64,000 bases of DNA, taken from contig QPMI01000472.1 of assembly GCA_004431415.1 (NCBI GenBank), positions 124,001 to 188,000 of the forward strand. Reading direction: 5' to 3'. Each line of letters opens with the position of its first letter. The first letter of the stretch is position 1. The DNA comes from Cyanophora paradoxa CCMP329. Lineage: Eukaryota; Plantae; Glaucophyta. The position numbers and the translations under genes are program-made. Positions 57,801 to 64,000 of the stretch are shown piece after piece. The notes below the pieces were generated by a model that saw only the letters and a list, made by a program, of their open reading frames with translations, did not search any database and was not told where the DNA came from.

Positions 57801-60800
57801 GTAAGATACCCTTTATTGGTTAGGTAATCATCTGTGACCACACCTGAAAGGGTGGTATTGTGTAAGTTTTTTGCTGCCATCCTCTGATTGACTTCTAAGG
57901 CTCCACCTGATGTCGTTTTAATCCATGCCATCTCACATTTCCCATGATCATCTGTGGGTTGTCCCACAACAGGAAGGTAGTTTACAACTTTCTCCCTTGT
58001 GAACACAATCTTAGGTCTTGCTCCATCATATGGGCTTTGATCTGTAACGTTTATTTGAATAGCTGCTGAAAAATCGGCTACTTGTCCTGTTTCACCTGGG
58101 TGATAATTCGTAACATAGATACTGGGGAAAGTATCATTTACTCCTACATTGAAATCACCATCATAAACTCCATTTACAATTGGATCCCTGGGTAATCTTA
58201 CTGCAAGAGTTCCCTCCATTGGAGTGCCTGTTTGACCTGTAAAAGTCCCATTGAGACTAACATAATGATCATTCAAATACAATCTTTCAGGTGTATTACT
58301 CGATTGGTAAAGTGTGACTCCATTGAAAACATTTCCGATTGCATTCAATTGTGCAAACACTGGTTGTTGATCGATTTCATTCCAAGGGTGTCTGTGATTG
58401 CAGTTGGTGATCTGGGAGTAATCATGACTGTGTGGATCAGGTGGAAAGGTTAATGGTGGATTTGTTATATGCTCCCATAAATGCTCATGAGAACTGGGTG
58501 GGAAGGTTAATGGTGGATCTGTTATATGCTCCCATAAATGCTCATGTGCAAAATCTGTTATTTCATCTTTTGTGTGGGTGTGGGTATCGATCCAACCTAA
58601 AACTACATTGGATGTAGGATGATTTGGTAGATTTGCTTCAATATTCACAGTCAAATAGTCGACTTCAAGATTACTTCCATAAATATTACTTGCCCATAGG
58701 TTACTTGTGAAAATGTTACTTGTATAAAGGTTGCTGGTGTAAATGTTACTTGTGACTGTAAGGTTTGTGTCATTTTTGATCACAAAAAGAGAGAGAGTAT
58801 TTGTGAGTTCACCTTCATCAATATATCCTTGATCTTCTAGATAATCCTCTGTGACCACTCTTGAAATGTTCTCATTGTGTATGTTTTTTGCAGCCATCCT
58901 CTGATTAGCTTCCAGAACCCCACCATAATCTGTTTTAATCCATGCAAGCTCTGCCCTCCCATAGTTATCATTTGCAGTTCCCACTATGGGAATGTAGGAG
59001 TATTTATCTCGACTGAATACTATCATTGGTCTTGAGCCATCTAAGCTGCTTACATCTTCTACATGAACCTGTATAGCAGAGTTGTAATTTTGGTAGGTTG
59101 CTGGGTCTGTTGGGACTCTGAATGTATCTGTGGGAATGTCAGCCTCCATGTAGCTTGACACAAAGATATTTGGTATGGTTGCTCCTGGTGGTGGTGGGGT
59201 TTCAAAAGAGCCTGGTAATGTCCTAATATGAAGTGGTCCTCTCATAGCTGAATTCGCAAGTGTCCCATTCACATGTACATAGTGTTCATTCAAAAAGATT
59301 CTTTCAGGGACATTGCAAGTCTGGTAAAGAGAAACCCCCAAGTTATCAAGAGGCTCTACCTTTGCAAATTCTGGTTGGTCATTGATCTCATCCCAAATAT
59401 GTTCATGTTTGCTTGGTGGGAACTCAGTAGGTATCCCATCAATTTCACCCCAATCATGCCTGTGATCCTCTGGTGGATACTTTTGAGGTTTGCCTAAGAT
59501 CTCATCCCAATCATGATTGTGATCCTCTGGGGGATACTTTGCAGGTTTATTATTAATTTGTTCATAATCAGGAAAGAACTCCCAGATCTCAGGTCGAAAT
59601 CCATCTGGTAATAGTTCCTCATGGGGTTCATAAGGTTGCTCATAGTCAACAGCTGGTGGAGCATGCCCATCTGGCAAATACTCCTCATCAGGTTCATAGT
59701 TCTGCTCATACTCAAACTCTTGAGGATCTAAGCCATCTGGTAGTATCTCCTCCTCATTGGGGTCAAACTGATCATATTCATATTCTTGTGGGTCAAAACC
59801 ATCTGGTAAATACTCTTCCTCATCTGGAACGAATTGATATTCATCAAGCTCTAATATGTCGACTTCAGGAGGTAAATACTGCTCATCTATTTGCTTTCTG
59901 GGTTCAATTATAGGTTTATTGCGAACTTGCTCCCAACTCACAATATGCTGCCCAAAGGCTACATCTTCAGTTGCTGTGTACTCTCTGCCTGGTTGCTTTT
60001 TCGGTGTTAAATCCGGTGGATCCCATGGTAGTGGGAAGGGAACTGGGACAGGTCCATAATACTCAAAGATCTCTCTTATGGTCTTCTCACTTACAAGCTT
60101 CTCACCATTTGCATACACATTGCTGCCATGGATATTTCGCCATTGCCTGGTTCGAATTCCAAGGTCTTTCACATTGCTATACAAAGGCAAAAGGTGCCTA
60201 TCCATTTCGACTAAATCAGGATGTAAATGGATTGCTACTGGGTGACTGGGGCTACTGTTGATTGTAATTGATGGCTTTTTTTGATGGACATCTTTTGGAG
60301 TAAAGAACCCAAAAGGCTCATTCCTTGCAAAGTCATATGTAATATCCTTGGGGTAGACATCATTTGTGTAGGAGACCTGATTTGTGTTGGCAATGGGACC
60401 CACTTGCAATACTTGGGGGACCTCAGCTTTTGCAGTGCTGCCCTCATTGTAAATTCGCAAAGCTGTGTTCTGTTTGCCCTGCTCATCTTGAACATTGAAC
60501 ACCAAACGACCACTATCAAACCTGGAAGGTATATCTGGATGAGTGCCACTGGTTTTGAGTTTCCTAGGTCTCCTTCTTGTTGCTTTGATCTCTGCCACTT
60601 GGTTTGCTTTCACATTACCCAAGCTAAAAGCAACACTAACTTCCTCCTTATCTGGATCGGTTTGATTCACAGATAAAGCATGCTCCCTTGATTGAGTCTT
60701 GGATGAATTATCGGAACTGTGGTCAATCGAAACTGAACCCTTTACTTTAATATTATCAAAGTTCACATGCTTGGTGCTGCTTGCATTATCATCTTGAATG

Positions 60801-60832
60801 GTTTCTAGATTGGGTGGGTAATTGAAGCTCAT
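54839..60832 (-). CDS. 1997-aa fibre/receptor-binding protein with peptidase S74 chaperone
   Basis: Acidic PDG repeats, HxHxW repeats, TSN repeats, four related distal modules, SDRRYKTDI...GLIAQDV. Confidence 0.9.
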   Translation of the reverse strand: MSFNYPPNLETIQDDNASSTKHVNFDNIKVKGSVSIDHSSDNSSKTQSREHALSVNQTDPDKEEVSVAFSLGNVKANQVAEIKATRRRPRKLKTSGTHPDIPSRFDSGRLVFNVQDEQGKQNTALRIYNEGSTAKAEVPQVLQVGPIANTNQVSYTNDVYPKDITYDFARNEPFGFFTPKDVHQKKPSITINSSPSHPVAIHLHPDLVEMDRHLLPLYSNVKDLGIRTRQWRNIHGSNVYANGEKLVSEKTIREIFEYYGPVPVPFPLPWDPPDLTPKKQPGREYTATEDVAFGQHIVSWEQVRNKPIIEPRKQIDEQYLPPEVDILELDEYQFVPDEEEYLPDGFDPQEYEYDQFDPNEEEILPDGLDPQEFEYEQNYEPDEEYLPDGHAPPAVDYEQPYEPHEELLPDGFRPEIWEFFPDYEQINNKPAKYPPEDHNHDWDEILGKPQKYPPEDHRHDWGEIDGIPTEFPPSKHEHIWDEINDQPEFAKVEPLDNLGVSLYQTCNVPERIFLNEHYVHVNGTLANSAMRGPLHIRTLPGSFETPPPPGATIPNIFVSSYMEADIPTDTFRVPTDPATYQNYNSAIQVHVEDVSSLDGSRPMIVFSRDKYSYIPIVGTANDNYGRAELAWIKTDYGGVLEANQRMAAKNIHNENISRVVTEDYLEDQGYIDEGELTNTLSLFVIKNDTNLTVTSNIYTSNLYTSNIFTSNLWASNIYGSNLEVDYLTVNIEANLPNHPTSNVVLGWIDTHTHTKDEITDFAHEHLWEHITDPPLTFPPSSHEHLWEHITNPPLTFPPDPHSHDYSQITNCNHRHPWNEIDQQPVFAQLNAIGNVFNGVTLYQSSNTPERLYLNDHYVSLNGTFTGQTGTPMEGTLAVRLPRDPIVNGVYDGDFNVGVNDTFPSIYVTNYHPGETGQVADFSAAIQINVTDQSPYDGARPKIVFTREKVVNYLPVVGQPTDDHGKCEMAWIKTTSGGALEVNQRMAAKNLHNTTLSGVVTDDYLTNKGYLTSADLSSYTTDAELTSALANYLPLTGGTVNGTVNATTLQIGGTTIPKGYDFDQLDVVSTDRSANNWTVNWTGHRTGQTGCYTTPENDADVTGCWMRWAIPEGMKSFYIQLLNWHNCRYFDIYGETVNGHQHFLKRVNHYQAIQDSGIQDGTYNAIIYTSINCDFYKKIVVKGVKGRIYFTGVFGWSRQRATDNDVGLIHYDNIAFNPVGKYSDFDVVSGWNSTGVSFPAGAWTTGWKPTTDNPVEGFYSNQIDDESGSGYMQCQVPAGMKTCHIQYLCWTNHRYFDIYGYRNSRWNYIMRVNTYQNVQNTADTAWHSSLLWTSVFCGSFSYIGIFAKKGRTHIGMLGWTKEVGRTAPANGLISWDNVYSKPALFTAADLPGTAKWTTDTWLKSTDNIERFWFGNNDCTYIRGRTNGDNACVVFRNSANATILQSYENGNLAITNTLIAPTISGTIINGGSINATTNYKFGDKTMPRCVEYDASVAANSPHGYAGGWGFEGGTAWEPYYNYGGYAYNNESGDTVVNGSWVDYTIPTDLYTGTAHLTYLPWVNCRYFEIWGINRQGNAVFIARVNSYHQYESAPDGNHNGLQNVPIMLGNRFIRLRIIPKVGRVHIMGIGFTRTWTGSSYGGHTGYVSWDNIYSKPNLLTTNLVGNITGFDTWSGTGSGGLSFSGGWTTGWTASYSNPVEGFYSYIADDSTSGDWAQIEVPANMQTCHVQYLCWSNSRYFDIGGYRAGRWFHIMRVNTYQTVSNYGTPDYHDGLAWASFACDYFTHVRFVARKGRCYIGMVGWTKEKGRTSPANGLISWDNVYSKDERTTWATNTWITSSEGYQRIYFESSGTTYIRGHSATVVEFRNGSDVNIGYLEQSGYMYIAAYLTQGSDRRYKTDIKQITGALSAIEKLEGVSFKRIGNEKDGAKLGLIAQDVQKVIPEIVNVKHDDGYLSLEYTGLVPVLIEAVKELSQKCKDLTETCQSLQYQIDQIKNVTV

Positions 60833-60875
60833 GGCTTTTACTATATGGATTTATAAAATTCCTGATAAGTAAAAG

Positions 60876-62432
60876 ATGCCTCAGAAAATCGTTTTAGCAT
60901 TGTCAGGGGGAGGTGCAAGGGGCATTATCATAACCAGGCTGCTAAAAGAAATTGAAAATCGAACTGGCAGAAGAATAATCGATCTTGTGGATCTTGTAAG
61001 TGGAACTTCCACTGGTGGGATCATTGCAATAGGTTTGAATATCAGGCATCCTGATAAACCAGGTGAACCTAAACTGACAGCAAACGATTTACACAATATT
61101 TACCTAACTCAACTGCCCTTGATTTTTGCAAATCCTCGAAACATCATCGAAAATGCCCTTTTTAATACAAAATATGATGTGGGACCCTTGGAGACTGCAA
61201 TCAATTCAGTTACTGGTGAATCACTAATACAGGATTCCCTAAAGGACATTGTGATTACATCCTTTGATACTCAGAATATGAAACCAATATTTATCACAAA
61301 TGACAACAACTACAACTTTATGCCTTGTAAGATTGCTGCTAGGGCTACTTCTGCTGCTCCTACATATTTCTCTCCTGTAAGCATTGTTGATTTCAATCGG
61401 GGAGTATTTGTCTGTCTCATTGATGGTGCCATTTCGGGAAACAATAATCCCAGTGTGTGTGGTTACAGCCATGCAAAGAAGATTTACAGTGATGATGATG
61501 ATATTATAGTAATAAGTATCTCTTGTGGTGAGGTGGACCCACATTTAGAGTCTGATTATGTGGGTTATGCTTATGAGACTGTGAACAGCTGGGGAATTCT
61601 CTCATGGATTGCCTCAACAGATGGAAGCCCATTGATTAACATGCTCATGGCTGCAAGTGAGCTTTCTGCCCTTGATAAGATGGAGGAGTTGTTACCCTAC
61701 AACTATGATCAGGATTATGGGAGATACTATAGGCTATCAGTCCCACTTCCAAATCACATAGTAAGCTCCCTTGATGACACTTCTAAGATCCCAGATATGC
61801 TAGCATTCACTGAAACATACATAGCAGCAAACAATGATATGATTAATAAGCTTTGCAGCCTACTAGTAGCAAACTATGAACTTAAGAACCCTTCAAAGGC
61901 TTACATCTCATCCACTCTCACAGAGTCACCTCCTTTGGATGCTAATTGGTATCAGCTTGCAGATGATGCCTTTACTGCCTCATCCTCTGTGACAGGTAAA
62001 GAGCCTTTCATGGCTAGACCTTCAGCATTTGGCTGGGAAGCTGGAGCCTATGCTCCTGAACAGATATGGGAAACCCCCACTGAATACCTTCAAGTTGCTT
62101 TCCCATATACTTTTGAACTCTCCTCTGTGATTGCCTATGGATCAGGGGACACCAATGCTTTTATTAAGACTTTCAATGTGGCAACATCCACTGATGGGAT
62201 CAACTGGTCTTTTATTCGATCAGATGGGCAGAACAAAATGTATATGTGTGAGAACATTAACAATGCTCACAACTCTGGTGATGTGGCTCTATTGAGTGGA
62301 TTTCCTCTAAGCATCAAGGATGCTTTTTACATAGGTTTCTCTCTCAGAATTAAATATATTCGCATTTATCCCCTTGTGTATGTGAATGCTCCCACAATGA
62401 GAGTTGACTTTACAGGTGCCTTTATTCGATAA
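60876..62432 (+). CDS. Patatin-like phospholipase-discoidin fusion
   Basis: GGGARG, GTSTG, DGA; homologue of 43093..44634. Confidence 0.9.
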   Translation: MPQKIVLALSGGGARGIIITRLLKEIENRTGRRIIDLVDLVSGTSTGGIIAIGLNIRHPDKPGEPKLTANDLHNIYLTQLPLIFANPRNIIENALFNTKYDVGPLETAINSVTGESLIQDSLKDIVITSFDTQNMKPIFITNDNNYNFMPCKIAARATSAAPTYFSPVSIVDFNRGVFVCLIDGAISGNNNPSVCGYSHAKKIYSDDDDIIVISISCGEVDPHLESDYVGYAYETVNSWGILSWIASTDGSPLINMLMAASELSALDKMEELLPYNYDQDYGRYYRLSVPLPNHIVSSLDDTSKIPDMLAFTETYIAANNDMINKLCSLLVANYELKNPSKAYISSTLTESPPLDANWYQLADDAFTASSSVTGKEPFMARPSAFGWEAGAYAPEQIWETPTEYLQVAFPYTFELSSVIAYGSGDTNAFIKTFNVATSTDGINWSFIRSDGQNKMYMCENINNAHNSGDVALLSGFPLSIKDAFYIGFSLRIKYIRIYPLVYVNAPTMRVDFTGAFIR

Positions 62433-63353
62433 ACTCCAACTGAAACGAATTATCGATTCCATTCATATCAATCAGTTCACCAAAGTAATCTTTAAACTCC
62501 ACAGTGAGTTCCCTTATCACCAGGTTTCTGTCATTTATCTGAATAAATTCTGCATGTTCACCACTATGGTAAACATAGCCACCTATATCTTTACTCAATT
62601 GTAATCTAAGGATAGCTCCCTGGTTTTGTGGTTGCGATTTTGGAATTATATTATGTCTACTTGCAAAGGGGGCAAGCTCTTTAATATGCATGTACAGATA
62701 CTGCTCAGCATTCATATCAGACATCCTATTACTGGTGAAATAATACTGCAAGGGCTTTGAGGAGAGTCTGGGTCCTGAGAAGGTGATTCCCCATGCTGGG
62801 TGATCAGGTGTAATAGGTTTGCCATCATACTTTAAAAGGTTCTCAGGTCGATATGGAGATCCACCAACAGGAGGAGTGCTATAATACCCAGTGGTGTATT
62901 CAGTAGAACTTACACCCAAAAGCTTCCCTATTCGCTTGTTGCTTGCAATAAAACGGAACTCATGGTTACTGTAAAACTCCACTTTATAGGTAGTTGGATT
63001 GTAGAATATCTTGAACTCAAAAAACACAGTTTTATCTGCAATGGTTTTGAAGCTTGAATAGTTCAGCCCATAATTATAGGGATGTGTGACCCCAAAATGA
63101 CCCTGGTTAATGTAGCCACTGGGAAGGGATACACTTTCTGTGTGATGATTTCATTGTATGAACCATCTTGGTAGTTAAAATCAACTGTTAAATGATCAGT
63201 TCCCACACTGTTATAGATACTGTTTGGAATCTCTGCATAGAGAACCCTGCATTCTCTTGGTCTCTCTACTGGAGTTGTGAGGGTGACCCTGTAAGAGTTT
63301 TCAGATTCCCCTTGGCTTCTATCCCTGCTATCAATATTAACAAGTCGATTCAT
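62422..63353 (-). CDS. Putative penton-like protein 1 of B (frameshifted)
   Basis: MNRLVNIDSRDR...MNGIDNSFQLEF; homologue of 28028..28960. Confidence 0.75.
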
Positions 63354-63382
63354 TTTAATATATAAATATAGATAAAAGAAGA

Positions 63383-64000
63383 ATGCCTGTGGATTACATC
63401 GAGGTTAGCTCATTTAATACAATCTCTGGTGATGGTCCCACATCAAGCTTTGTGGCTAGACTCCCAGTAGTTATGAGAATGTGAGGGCTGTGAGACTGGT
63501 ATCAGCCGAATTTTATAACAGCATCCCTATGGTGAGTGGGGAAACCAAAGTAGGAGATGTAACAATCGACAATTCATTTAGTATTTACTATTCTGAAGAA
63601 CTTGCAGGAGCTGGAATTGATGGTATCCCCACAGTTCGCCCAGCTGAGGACTTTGAACAGTGGAAACAAATCATTATAAGTCGCAAAGCCCCCATCCAAA
63701 GCCACCAACAACTGGTGAATGTTATTAATGAAAAGTTCGATTTAAAAAATCCTAAACCATCTCTTCGCTGCAAATGGGATGAGTCACTGAAACGAATAGT
63801 ATTCCATTCCGAAAAACGTTTTTACCTGGCTTTCTCACTTGCTGTAAATCCAAACCTGCAAACAATTCAAAAGCTATTGAGTTCAGGTAGACTGCTTGGT
63901 CTTGATCCTGGAAGATATGGCAATTCCTCAATCCAATCACAAGTGTATGATGCTCTCACTGATGGTATCTTTACTGGAACTCGAGTAAACGGTATTATAT
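63383..64000 (+). CDS. Putative penton-like protein 2 of B (frameshift near 63470; partial)
   Basis: MPVDYIEVSSFNTISGDGPTSSF, as at 28989. Confidence 0.7.

Larger units (their letters stand above)
50699..64000. mobile_element. Endogenous Polinton-like virus, element B, nested in A; continues beyond window
   Basis: Own 28-bp terminal inverted repeat and iteron region; diverged homologues of A's fibre, patatin, two penton-like and two small genes. Confidence 0.85.

Noticed and set aside
43093-62432. A and B blocks as one inverted duplication or assembly artefact
   Set aside because: Copies differ by many synonymous changes, module content and accessory genes; the penton pair is in direct orientation.

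Overview
Eukaryotic, probably protist, genomic window with two compartments. Bases 1-26315 are very GC-rich host DNA: one intron-rich gene for a large Cys-rich (GCC2/GCC3, ephrin-receptor-like repeat) membrane protein, hit by three insertions. (1) An 11.6-kb non-coding foldback-like DNA transposon (151-11748; 30-bp TIRs, 6-bp TSD) sits in an exon and holds a hAT MITE, long inverted arms and a 714-bp tandem array. (2) An 8.3-kb APE-RT-RNase H non-LTR retrotransposon (15875-24167; 16-bp TSD) sits at a splice donor. (3) From 26316 there is an AT-rich endogenous Polinton-like virus (element A: two penton-like genes, putative MCP, packaging ATPase, primase-SF3 helicase, pPolB, rve integrase, patatin-discoidin, HNH, phage-like fibre with S74 chaperone). 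At 50699 element A is cut mid-gene by a related but diverged second virus (element B, running off the window), which has a rearranged fibre/patatin module and an AdoMet decarboxylase. Highlights: both viruses begin with a perfect 28-bp ACACAT...ATGTGT inverted repeat; B has a series of different origin-like iteron modules; the pPolB seems to have lost proofreading; fibre modules are shuffled between A and B; viral CpGs are mostly confined to TCG/CGA; host non-coding DNA shows recurrent X-revcomp(X)-X micro-insertions. Many genes have single-base frameshifts that could be sequencing error or decay. All protein calls are by motif recognition; no searches were run.
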